A stretch of DNA of 64,000 nucleotides from Podarcis pityusensis (taxonomy: Eukaryota): the NCBI GenBank assembly GCA_964106645.2, contig OZ067050.1. One strand, written 5' to 3'. Positions within the stretch are counted from its first letter, which is position 1; each line of letters begins with the position of its first letter. The notes beneath the pieces were generated by a model. The model was not told the DNA's origin and did no database searches. It was given only the letters and a program-made list of their open reading frames with translations. Shown here in pieces: positions 49,191 through 61,780 of the stretch. The translations under genes were made by a program, and so were the position numbers.

Positions 49191-52100
49191 TGCCCTCTCC
49201 CCTGACCTGTTCCCATCCCGCAAGGGGGTTGGAGGCACCACACATTGTAGGAGCCTGGTGTATCCTAAAGGGCTTTTTCCTTCCCTGGGTGTGGGATTAT
49301 TGATGGCGGCAAGGAGAGCTCTCTGTCACAGAGCAGAATTCAAAAGCCTCGTGTTTGTAAGAAAATGTTTATAAATCTGAAACAATGCAAGAGGGAGGAG
49401 AATGTTGTGCACACTGTCAACTCATATAAGTAAGCCCCAGAGGAAAAGACAGGACGCAGCAAGGCTGGGGATTTATTATGTGAGTGTTCAGAGAGTTGGC
49501 CCAGCAGGACTGCAAAAAGCAGTGGTTTTGAAGGGTGGCCAAGCTGAAAACAGGAAGTGAGAGATGCTCTGATGTGTTGCAAACTCCATACATAGAGGCA
49601 TTCTCTGTAGCTGATGTATTTTGGTGAAAGAATTCTATTTTGTCAGTGGGGTATAATACAGAGTGGTATGTTCCCTTTGTAGATGTTCTGGAAGATGGGA
49701 ATCTTCAGTGCCTCAGCTACCATTAAAAACCGGTTCCCCAAGCAATTAGCAGTTGTAAAAGAGGAAAAAACAAACAAACAGCAAAGCACCACCGCTTGTT
49801 TGAAAAGTATAGGACCAATTTGACTGAATATTTTTTTAGGTGTGTTAAGATTTGCAAATTTGCACAGCTCCAGTTTTTCCAATTAATGCACTTTTGAAAA
49901 ATGTAAAACTATGTTTTGTAAGAGGCTTAGGAAACGAAGAATGAACTGTTGGAAGATGTATCCTTACAGTTTTTAAAGAGAATTCCTCAACTTGGAAGTG
50001 GTTCTGGAGCTTGACTGAGCCAGTGATGGAGGCAGGGTGACCCCTGTGGCAGCCAAAATATTTTGTGTGTGGTCTGAAAGTGAGCTTAATAGGGGAGGAT
50101 TCTGTCCTCAACCTTGTTGCTTGTTCCATAAGCAGTCTTAAAAGTCGCTCTCTAGGAACGAATATTATGCGTAGCTGAAGTGATTGGTATCCCATAGTTC
50201 AATGCTGATCCTCTTGCTTCTTGTTGGCAGGCCTTGCATTCACAGGGTAAAGACATTCATATCCTTGATGGCTGATGTGTGATAGCCAGAGTTGCACAAA
50301 AACAAGCTATCTTGTGGTTATGAAATGGCAGCTGGTAGGCACTGGCCAAACTGATTTATACGTTAACCATTATTTACTCCATGTAAAGCCTGTGCTAAAT
50401 GCATCACATCTTCATCAGCATCTGATTAGCCTTATGGAGTACAGAGCTGGTCTATTAAATGTTGACCTTAAAGGTCATAGATACCTTGTTGTCATTAAAC
50501 TTATCAACACCAGTAGCTGCATATCATTGTGGTGGCCAAGTGATCAGCTCTCAGAGAGCTTAGAAACCTTTCCCTTTCCACCACTACACATTTGATAAAA
50601 CATGTTTATTTGTTTATTTAAAATATTTCTGTCCCAACTTTCTATCTCTCCCAACAGGATGCCCTGGCAGCTAACAAAAGTTACAGTACCACTGTAAAAA
50701 TTCAAGAGCAAGATATGTTAAAAGAACATGTAGTTCATTTCTCTTATGCTAACCAGACAGGAGCAAACTCATTTAGTTCAGACAGTGGGTGCTTAACCCA
50801 TAGTCTGTGTCAAGCTATCCATAGTAAACAGTTACCAGTTCTTGACCAGTTGAAGAAGCTACCTACCATTCACATTTAAGAGGTAAAATGACAAATACTC
50901 TTCTCTTATGCCTTCTATACTTTGGTTCTCGTAACTAGTAGAAGTTCAAAATCTCCTCTTACTCATCATTGTAGCAGTATAAGTAGCCTGCTTTTTGTAG
51001 TTTAAGCTTATTACTCAAAGCATTTGGTCTGCTGTTGCCAAAGCTACATTTGTACCCATAAAGACTTTAGAAACCTTTGTGTTAAATGAGGAGCAATAAG
51101 ACAAGCTAAAAGGAAACGGAAGAAGGCAACAGCATGTCCATTGAGAGAAGGACAGTGGAGACAAGACTTCATTCAGACAATCATATCTCAGCCAGATAAA
51201 TCAAAATATGAATGAGGCTTGTGTCTGCACATGCAACCCCTTCCTCCATTCTCAGAGTATTGTAGTTAAACTTGGAAGCCTTCAATTATTAACTGTATTT
51301 TTCCATTTCATTTGAACCAAACCAAGACATTATCATTATCATGTTCAGGACAGGACAGGACCTTAAGTCACCTTCAAACCATGGTTTAAGATCATGGCTT
51401 GTTCCAAGCCTGGTGACCATAGTTTCCCAGTTTAGATGAAGTAGGAAATTGTGGTTGATTCACAATTTCATGGCTTATTGTGGCACACCAACAGTGCAAA
51501 AACAGAGGCAAAATGCTTGTGTACATCTTGGCTTATTTAGCAGAGATATGATTGTCCAATGTCAGCACTGGCTATTTTATTAGACTTTTGTCTGCATTGT
51601 ACCCAGTTGTAACATTTTTTCACAGTCCAAATTGATCAAAGGAGTTATCTCATGTGAAAGTAACTTCTTTTTAATGCCCATAAAATAGCTCTCTTATAGA
51701 TATAACCAAGGGGCTTCTGGGACTGATTTGAGGGTGTGGGAAGTCAGCCAACCTGAGAATCAATGACAGTCATGTGAATGAACCAGTTCCCCATTATTCT
51801 GAACTTGGAAAATCAGGTTTGTTCTGTGGTTAGTTAAAAAAACCCAGGACCAAACTATGCTTTAAAATCCTGGTTTATTAACTACCTGTTAGGCAAAATC
51901 ACAGATTCCCAAATTTGGAAATAATGGGGAACTGTAACTAGTTCAAAAGTGGAAGTTTTTATCTTCTTTTTGTGCATGCAGAAAATGAAGAGAGGGGAGG
52001 ACTGGGTGTGCTAGCTTGAGCTTTGTGCAGGCTTGCTCTCATAACAACAAGCCATTGTTTGCTATCATACCTAGATCGGACATGGGAATGCATTTATGAC

Positions 52101-52399
52101 AAATTATATCAGTTTATACCAATTAAACTCTCATAGCTCATAGGCACAAAAACTCTTTCCTGGAAATTGCAGTTGATTGTAAGGTTATTGGAAATTCTGT
52201 GTTAAGAGATCCTTATAAATCTTCCTCCATCTCTCAGTGCTATTGTCCCTAGGTTTCTTGGGGATTATGAACGAATATTAAGCCAGTTCCGGTCTGTGGG
52301 GTGAATGTTTAGTTTGTTTTGTTTTGTTTTAATATCTCAGCCTTGATAATCCAGCTAAAGATAATCTGAATTTAGGCTAACATAGTTAAAACATCCGTA

Positions 52400-53140
52400 A
52401 ATAAAATATAAGAAAACAATAATATGAAATATAACCCCAACAATAGCAGCTTAAACACTTCAGTATAAAAACCGAAAGCCTGTTGAACTAAAACTGTCTT
52501 CACTGCCCATCTGGAGGCTAATAAAGATGGAGCTGAGCTGTCTTTCCTTGGGAAGAGTGCACTCCAGAGTCCTTGTATTACAGCAGAGAAGACCTTTCTC
52601 ATTGTGTCCACCTGCTGCACATCCAACAGTATGCCCCATAATTCAGAATGGCCATTGGGCACCTGCTATTTCTTATATGTGTGTGTGTTTGATTTCCAGA
52701 CCACCTTTAGGGCCCTCTATTAAGGCAGCTACTAATTTATAAAACTCAATATATCACTGAAGTCAGAAACATATCAAAATTCCATAAAGCAGCAAAGTCT
52801 GTTTAAACAGCCTTGCATATTAACCTTTAAAATATTTAAAAATATTTCTAGCCAAGATAAATCCAATTTAAAACATCAGTACTCAATATCTGTCAAAAGG
52901 AAACAACTTAAAGCAAATTGGTCTTTGGAACCCATTTGAAGGCATCCCACAAGCATTGGGGCCTCAACAAAAGAGGCACTAACCCTCATGCCACCAACCT
53001 AATCAGTCTCACTGACCAGGAGGGCCTTTGTAAATTACGGTAATCTCAGAGTTTGTATAGGTGAAAGTGCTAATTCAGTTAACTGGTCCTCAAACCATTA
53101 CAGCTTTAATGGTCAGTATCAAGTCTGAATAAATTTAACC
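52400..53140 (-). mobile_element. Degraded L2-like LINE fragments
   Basis: AAAGCCTG..AAAACTGTCTTCACTGCCCATCTGGAGG..CAGCAGAGAAGACC and related blocks; heavily decayed. Confidence 0.4.
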
Positions 53141-54343
53141 AGCCCAAAGTCAATTAAAAGAGCCTTCCCAGTTGAAGGATGGATAAAAGCATTGTCTGAT
53201 GCAACCAAAACGTTGCCACACATTGTTTACATGTTTCTAACACGCACCCTGAAATACATACTCTTAGTTTGTTTCTTATAATCTATTATGTTTGCAAAAG
53301 GATTTCAGGGCAAATGACAAAACACAGCATAACATCCATTAGTCAGCTGATTTTAATGGTATTCATAGAGATTCTAGTTGTCCTTAATATTAGGGTCTTG
53401 TTGTGTCGAATACGTTCATTATGTGCTAGCCTAGGGATTATTTACTTCCTCATAGGTAATTTAGGTTACAATTGTTCCTTTGGTCTAGTTAAGAGTGGAA
53501 GTTCTGTTGAAATCAGTGGGGCTATATTCCTATTAAATGTATTTCAGGATTAGAGCCGTGTTTTGTAGTTTGCGTAAACATCTCCTGATCTTGCTAACTA
53601 TGCTCTCTCATCTTCATCAGCATGTGATTGGCTTCTCAGCATCACATGCTATTGAAATCATTCCATCGGTAGAATGCTGCCGTGATACTAGCAAATGCCA
53701 GCAGTGACATATAAGGCCTAGTTTACATCAAGGTGGTCAATCTGTATCTGCGCTGTACCAGTTAAGATTGCAAATTGGGGCTTCCTTGAATTAATGCCAC
53801 ATACAACAAAATAAATAAATCCAATAGCATAGAAAATTAGATGTCAAGGAAATGGGTTCTTCTAACCAATATAGGTCCTTGATGCTAGTTACATATCTGT
53901 GTGCAGCATTATTATTATTTTAGAGACGACCATTCAATTATGTGTCCCATTCCCTGCAGTCCAGAATGCTACAACCATTGTGAGAACTACCCATCAGATG
54001 TTCATAGAGGCAGTAATTCAAAGGACCATTTTCCTCAATGATCTTTCAAATCTCATAATTCTACTACCCTGGTTAGCAACTAGGTAGGACTACTTTAGGA
54101 AGGGAATAAGGAGTGTTGGGCCAATGCTTACATTCCTTAAAAGTGGACTGTGAGCATGTTCTGTTAGTACCAATGCCACTTTCTTTACACATTTTATGAC
54201 TTTAGGTTGCCTCTGTTCATCCTTCAGGGGGCTGGACTTGACCCAGAAATGTCCAGTTACTGACCCCTGTTCTTTGTTTTCATCTAATTCTTATTGAGAA
54301 AGGACCCTTGAGTCCAATAACAGGACCTTGGTTAGCTGAACCC

Positions 54344-54546
54344 TAGGGTTGCCATATTTCAAAAAGTGAAAACCTGGACACAAAAGTTGAGCTATTTTTA
54401 AGGAAATTTGCCAAAATCTACATTTCTGACAAGGGTTGCCATACATCTGGATTTTCCCTGACATTTGAGCAATTTCTGCCCAGACGCTGTTTCCGATGGC
54501 CAAATACCGACTATGTCCAAGAAATTCCAGAGGTATGGCAGCCCTA
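54344..54546. mobile_element. Non-autonomous hAT (Tip100-like) element
   Basis: TIRs TAGGGTTGCCATA / TATGGCAGCCCTA; 8-bp TSD CTGAACCC / CTGAATCC. Confidence 0.75.
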
Positions 54547-55952
54547 CTGAATCCTAACCTCTGAACTTGAGGACTTTGTGGCCTGTATTCTTTAATGCAG
54601 TTTGTTCTTTAATGCAGAATAGTAAAACCCAGTGTTATTGAAAGTACACATATTGGCCTGTAGGGTTGTGTGTGATTAACTATTTCACTCTGATTATTCC
54701 CCCCCCCCCCATTTTCTTAAGAGCTACCACTCCCTATTTGGAAACCTACCCATCTCACATACTATGCAAACATTTCCCCTGCTTCTGTGGAGGCACATAC
54801 ATCCCACTCCTCCCCAAGAATCCTATCTAACCTCAACCTGTAACCCCCCCCCTCCCCAGATAGTGGAAGCTCTTTATGCAACGATTCCTATGCAAAAATA
54901 AATAAAAAATAAATAGCTGGCTAGATTCAGGAGAGTGATTGGGAGCCCCTCTCCTCTGGCAAATTTGGGAGAGGGGTTAATTAATGCAAGCTCCTGTCTA
55001 AAATAAAATTCCCTTTGCGGTGCATTTTCCTCCTACCCACATCCGGGCTGGGACAATGGGGGGCAGTTTGTTAAGTTGGTCATATTGACCAAGATTTCCC
55101 TTTAAAGGACACACAGAGTCCCATATTAAGTTGATTTAATAAATGTCCAGGTGTGTAACTGAGATAATGGGGTGGGGAGGCATTTGAGGGAAGGGGTGTG
55201 TTGACTAAGGCCGCAATCCTGTGGATTCTTACTAGGGAGTAGGGCCCATTAAACACAATGAGATTTCTAAGTAAACATACTTCAGACCCTGCTATACAAG
55301 TCTGCTCCCCTTTGATGTGGTGCCCTGTGCCACTCTACAATATTGATACCCTAAAACATAACTAACAAACAACAAGCCAGTGTGCATTCTAACCTGCAGG
55401 TGCTCCTGCAGCAGACGGCCGCCTTTATACATCATGGTAACTATAGATTTTCTAGAAATGACTCCCCACCACCACTTTAAAAGTTATATATGTAGGAGAG
55501 GAACGGGACTGGTTAGCCTTGGGACTTCTGTGTGTGTTGCATTTCTGCACTTTAAATCCTGCCTCCCACTCACCTATCAGGGTTAATGGGCAATTTCCTT
55601 TCACAACATTTTCATTTGTTGTAACTGGTTTCCTTCCTTTGTATGGTTTGGTTTGGCTGGTTTGTTGGAGCTGATCTTCATGTTCATGAAGTACAGCTCT
55701 CCTGGACTATACCACTTCAGAATACAGTGGGGGGTTTTCAGGGGGGCGGGTCACAGTTTGCATAGGCTCATAAACAGCCACTGATTCATCTGGGATGAGT
55801 ACAATTGTCTCCAGGTGAGCAGTGGGGGAGGAAATTTGTGCAAACTGGATTGAAATAGGTTCTTTGCTTTTTCAGTCTGTAGATGGCTTACATGACTATG
55901 CATGAACATGACCGCTAATATTTATTTGTTGATAGTAAACTTTGTGGAGTTG

Positions 55953-56193
55953 CAGTTACAGATAGGTAGCCGTGTTGGTCTGCCATAGTCAAAACAAAAA
56001 AATTCCTTCCAGTAGCACCTTAAAGACCAACTAAGTTAGTTCTCGGTTATACCCCTCCCCACCTTCTCACTATATAGAAGGATCTGGCAACTTCTGTTTC
56101 AGTGTATCTGAAGAAGTGTGCTTGCACACGAAAGCTCATACCAAGAACTAACTTAGTTGGTCTTTAAGGTGCTACTGGAAGGAATTTTTTTGT
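55953..56193 (+). mobile_element. Penelope-like element terminal fragment with inverted pseudo-LTR segment
   Basis: 12-bp direct repeat TTTGTGGAGTTG at 55941-55952 and 56194-56205. Perfect 54-bp inverted repeat 55990-56043 / 56144-56197. Contains TTAGTTGGTCTTTAAGGTGCTAC and a hammerhead motif, typical of reptile PLE ends. Confidence 0.78.
56104..56141 (+). ncRNA. Minimal type I hammerhead ribozyme motif
   Basis: GTAT-CTGAAGA-A-GTGTGC(TT)GCACAC-GAAA-GC-TC-ATAC: stem I GUAU/AUAC, core CUGANGA, stem II, GAAA, palindromic mini stem III (AGCU), UC cleavage site. Confidence 0.72.
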
Positions 56194-59100
56194 TTTGTGG
56201 AGTTGGTTTGCCAGTTTGAATGCTCCCCAATTTTAAAAATTGTGTATCTGTAGAAAACTAACATGTCAAGGAGAAGACAAGCCTAGAATCAGCAACATGC
56301 TAGCTTTCTGTGGATAATTTTTATTTTGTTTTATTTATACCAGTCAAGCATTCTGAAGTAGTACAAGCTATCCTGCATCCTGAAATGGTGGAGTCCCATT
56401 AGAGCTGTACCACATGTGTTTTGCAAATTGGTTCTGAATGCAGAGACTGAGATAATGTTATAACAGCATCTCTACCCAAAAGTACCACAGACCCCACCTA
56501 GTAATATTGTCACTTTATTTGTATGTTCTCCTTTTGGGGTAGTTTCTTCCCTGCCCAGATGAAGAAACATAATTTTTCTATGAAAAAAATTGTAACAGCA
56601 ACATCAATGTTGCTCTCACATTCAGTATGTTAATTTTAGTAGAATCGTTTTCTCTTTTTTAGTATTTCTTTAGAAAGCATTTGACACATGGCAATAGAAA
56701 TATGTTTTTTGCAGCTTCAAAATACCTTGATTTCTTTTCAATTTAAATAATTTTGGTTTCTAAATTCATTTTGTGCAATACAGGGCTCATCCAGACTTCT
56801 GTTTGCCCCACTGCTTTCCCCTGGGGAAACCCAGGCCTAGTGCTTGATCTTTAGCACTCAGTTTGAGCACCTTTCTGGGCAGCAGAAGACAAGCAGAAGT
56901 GTGGATGAGCCCATAGTTGAGTTGCCAAAAAAACAACCCCTGCATTTTTAGGGAAAAAATGATTCATGCATTTGAGTTGCCAAAAAAATGAAGAAAGAAT
57001 GTGGTTTTTTACTATAAAATATATATTCCAGGACACGGGGGAAATTAATAAAAAATAAAATGTGACCCCTTTTTGTAAGAAATATGGGGAAATGCTAGTT
57101 GGCATTGATATTTTCCACATGCAGAATGCTACCAGCTCTCATTTTTGCTTCAAAAACCAAAACGTGTATGCAATTTTTCAAATTTTTGACATTTCTGACC
57201 CCCCCCCCTTCTCCAAAGCAGAACAAAACAATCAAATTCAAGCAAGTTTAAGGTGTTTACACCTCCCCTGAGATTTTCAGGGTGGGGAATAAGTTATGAT
57301 TTAAGAAATAATTTTTTAACTTGAGACATGTTGTGTTTTATTTTCAGTGTGCAAGAAGAGATGAAGAATGTTGTTTTATAAACTTGCACATAAAATATTC
57401 ATAAATATGGAGGGTTGGAAATTTTAAAATTTGAAGAATGTCATGGGTTTTGAACAAGCTTCTACTATTATAAAAAAAAAATCTGATTTGTTTTGGTTTT
57501 CATCCAAGCCAGACTGAGATGTTGTATAGAAGAGTATTGATGAAGAGCAGCCTAGTGGGGGCCGAGTTGTGAAGGAACCATCTGGCATCTGCTTAGGGTA
57601 GCATGCAGCCCATAACTGAAAATGTCCAGCTCAACAAAGACTATGGGGTTAATGGTGTCTTACATCAGTATTTCACCTGCATACCCATGTGTTTAACTGG
57701 GTACAGAAAATGCGCTTGTGGTAGTTGTTTGCTGAGCGTTCTTTGTGTATGCTTGCCCGCAGGGCTTCTTTTGGCCAGAGCTCAGAAACTTTCCAGAGCA
57801 CAGCTTTGGAACACAAAAATCAGTAACACCTCTGAGGATGCACGGAGTGCCTTCCCTTCACTACTAACTACAATCCATCTCCAATAATCTGGGAGCTTCT
57901 GAGTCAGAGGGTGAGGCTTTTGAGAAGGCTTGTGCCCTGGCACATCTTTTTTTAGGAGCTTATTTTAGAAAGCTTGCATGACAAATCTGTAGGTTGGTAC
58001 AATGTGTATCAAGGTGAGAGTGCTTGTAGGGAGAGGGTGTCCTTCATGAAATCTATGAGCCCCACTCACTGACTTAACTTTAGCCAAAACATGCCCCACA
58101 GTTATTGTAAAAGGTAAGGAGCCAGGCCCCCAGCCTCCCTGTAATTCAAGCACTGTGTAGCCAAACAAACAGGAGAGACACAGTCTAAAGGCCTAAGGAA
58201 GACTTCATATGTTAACAGAGAAGTGAAGCGCTAAAGCTCTCTGAGAATCATCCTCTGCCCTCCACATGTTTTATTTCAAAGTCCTAGTCAGAAGTATGGG
58301 AGCTTTGGATGATGAACTGGCAAGGGAAAGGCACCCTGTACATGTTCAGAGGAATTATTCGCTTCAACTAGTACCTGCAGTAGAAAAAAACCAACACCCT
58401 TCCAGCTAGAGCATTATAGGAGAGGAGTGAATCCCAAGGCCAGATCTCCAGCTCAAGGTGAACAGGCTCAAGCACTAATGTGAATGTGAGTAAATGTCCC
58501 CAGGGAGTGCATGTGGTGGTTGTGAGGTGGTTCTAGGTTCTAGGTTTGTGTGTTATTGGCCTAAAGATGGATGCTAACAGTTACCCACTAAGAGTGTGCA
58601 AGAATTTCCACTGTATGGTCATAAGGTAGAAACAGCCCAGGACTTTGTGTCTGAAGCAGAAAATCCAAATGGTTCCTTCACCCCATGATTGTGAAAATAG
58701 TAAAATAAATAATTGACAACATATTGGTATTTATCTATGTGCCAGAATGTGCTGACTGCCTTGTCCTACGGGTGGTAGTTAGAAGCAGGTCTTGTAGCGA
58801 CGAAGCATAAAACTGACCATGAATGATGACTGAAATTTCTCATGCAAATCTCTGCATTTGATTGAATATGGGCATTAGTGGAATAGTCCATTTGATCTTT
58901 TAGCCATTAGTGTAGGAGTAATTTGTATTTATGTCACTCTTTAGAAGGAAAGTAGTCTTTCAAGTCTTCAATGGCAGACTAGACTACATCTATCCAATTT
59001 GATCTATTAAGTTCACCCAGTAGCTGGAAACAGTTCTGATCAAAGGTGGGCTGTTTTTATTCAACATCCTTTAGCTCTGCCAAACTATGCCCTGCGTCTG

Positions 59101-60594
59101 TGTGCCTGTGCAACTGTCTGGGTGTGTCTGCTACAAGACAATCTCTCCTTACCTTTGCTAAGCTGGATACCTGCATCTAGGTGCATCCCCAAGGTGGGTG
59201 GTGGGAGGGGGGGAAATATACATGGATAAAACCCTGATTCATTCTGGAGGTACAGGGGACAGAGTGCCCTATTCTCTTGCAAATGGTAGGGGTGATTGAG
59301 GCCTTGGAAGGGGAGGGGAGAGTAGACAGCAGGTGCTTGAGGGGGGCTCCTACCTTTCAGCACTGCTTTTCCCCAATGCTGGATTAAATTGGGAGCAAGG
59401 GTGAGACATGGAGGAAAGACGGGTGATTTCAGACTCAGGTTGGGTGTGGGCGGGGGGAGTGGAAATGTGGTTTTGCCCCATGTTGGTGGGGGTGTGGCTT
59501 ATTGGGGGGAAGGTTGATTATGTTTGGCAGAGGATGGTGCCAAAAGAGGGGAAGGAGGGGTGGGCTCAGGGATGGTGGGGGAGGGACACAGAGCTATTTT
59601 TTCAAGCAGATGTAATATAATAATTATAATAATAAAATTTAGAAAGTGATGCTATTTTTTCACAAATCCCTCTTTTTCCCTCTTCCAGTTGCCACAGCAA
59701 CATTTTTAAAAGTCCTGTACTGGAGGCATAAGGATTTCCCACGGGGCCAATCGAGGGAGAGAGGACCACTGAAAATGTAGGGGGTGAAGGAAGAGTATTA
59801 TTTTGCCAAAAATAATAATATGTAAGAGAAAGATTTCTTTGTGGTTTTCAAAGCGTTCTTCTCCCAAATGTGAGTGATCTTTTTTCTGCTCACACTGAGC
59901 AAAAATATTAAATCATGTCAGTTGCTCAAGAGGAACAAAACAAACAAACTTTTATAATTTTTTTTAGTCACCCAAAACTTTTCACTCTCTGAAAATGTGC
60001 AATTTGACTTTAAAAAAACAACAAAAAACTTTATTTACGCTCAATCCCAAAACTGAAACTTTAATATGGAATGCTATATTTTAATGCCTTGAAACTTGAA
60101 ATTATTTTTTACTACTTTGTCATTATAGGTGACCAAAATAAATAAACTAGACCTGAAAAAAATTTTTAAATCCTGAACATTAAGTTTTCAGGAATTTCAG
60201 TGTTTAAAAAAAAAACAACCAACAACATTTCTTTGATCATTCCAAAAAGAAATTGGACAGGAAAATTTCAAACAGTTCAAGAGAGAATTGTAAATGTGGG
60301 GGAGATGAACATTTCTCTGACACACACAACAGAAATGCCAGGGTCTTTATTCTACCCGACACCCCGTGGTATTTCCTTCCTTCACATGCAATTCATGTGC
60401 CAAAATGTTTTGAATTCTCAAATGAATGTTGAACTGTTAAGTGTTGGGAGGCATTTGGTGGGACTGGAGGGTCAATGGGGACAACATACACACTTGTATT
60501 AATGTGCCGAACCCCTTATCCCTTCTGTCTTTGTTTCATTCTTTATTTCTTCATGCTTCTCCACCTCCCGCACAGCCTCATTCTTCCTTCATTC

Positions 60595-60992
60595 TAGAGG
60601 AGCAGCCCTATTAGACTGTTGCAGCAAAACCAAACCAACCAAGAGTCTTGTTGTGGCACCTTAAAAACTCAATATAAGTTCACTATAAATTCATGTCTTT
60701 AGTTTCAGTAATCCCGATTAACTGTCATGGGCTTCCCCCAAAAGAATCCCAAGAAATTTTAGCTTGGTGAGACTATTCCACCCGACTCTTGTACTTTCAT
60801 TACTACAATTTCCCAAGACAGAGGGGAAGATTATTAAACTAGTTTCTGTCTTTGGTGTAGATAAGAGCTAACAAATTTATTGTGATGGATGCTTTCTAAT
60901 TAAACAGGGCGGTCGCCTGTACAAGTTCCTGCTGCAATAAACTGTTGTCTTTAAGGTGTCACAAGAATAAGATTCTTTGTTATTGTTTTGCT
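60595..60992. mobile_element. Degraded Penelope-like fragment interrupted by a MITE-like insert
   Basis: AAGAGTCTTG..GGCACCTTAAA and GTCTTTAAGGTGTCACAAGA form inverted remnants. The interior resembles the MITE at 24135-24270. Confidence 0.4.
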
Positions 60993-61721
60993 AGGTCACA
61001 CAGCCTCCTTATTGTCCTCTTGACAGGAAATTATTTCTAAGAATTTAAATTTTGCTCATTCATTCCATTCACATCCAAACCATTCTCGGTTCCAACGAAA
61101 TAAGCAAAGTATATTCTCTTTCCACTCCCTCCCCGCACCCCAACTTGCCTTTCAAAGGACTTGAAGATGAAAAGACAAGACAAGAACACAGGCTTAGAAA
61201 AAAAAACCCACAAGTGAGGAACTGGTGACTTGCCTCTGCCCAGCTCTGGGCACTGGTATCTGTGGAAGGAAACAGACTGTTCCACATATAAGTATTCCTA
61301 GCTAGATGGGCACCTGCATGTGCAACTAAGTGTTCCACGTGCAGTTCTGTCCTTGGATCTGGTAGGAGAACCTTTTTTAAAAAGCTAACATCCCAATGAT
61401 TGACTGCTTTGGAGGGGGAGCATGGATTCACTTACCCTTCCATGCCAAATAGCAAATTGGTAGGGTTTCTCGTTCTGCTTTTAAGAGCTGAATGTGCACA
61501 GCCCCATCTATGCACATGCTCCAGGGGATCCCACAGAACAACTTCTGGCAAAATGCATCAAGAGTTTGCAATCCTGTGTGTGCACAGAAATTGTGTCTGT
61601 CTGTGTATATACATATGCACACAGACGTACACAAGCATAGGGCAAAGTTTCTGCACACGCATACATACTTGCGCACACAGGGGTAATAATAAAAGAGTAC
61701 AGTTGCAGTTTGCATGGATAA

Positions 61722-61740
61722 TCTCTCTCTCTCTCTCTCA

Positions 61741-61771
<31 letters not shown>
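61722..61771. repeat. Compound (CT)n(CA)n microsatellite
   Basis: Direct reading. Confidence 0.9.

Positions 61772-61780
<9 letters not shown>

Noticed and set aside
57348-57364. Acceptor-like TTTTATTTTCAG giving VCKKR* (similarly 55876, VCRWLT*)
   Set aside because: Such acceptor-like strings are common in AT-rich DNA; no homology or matching donor to support them.
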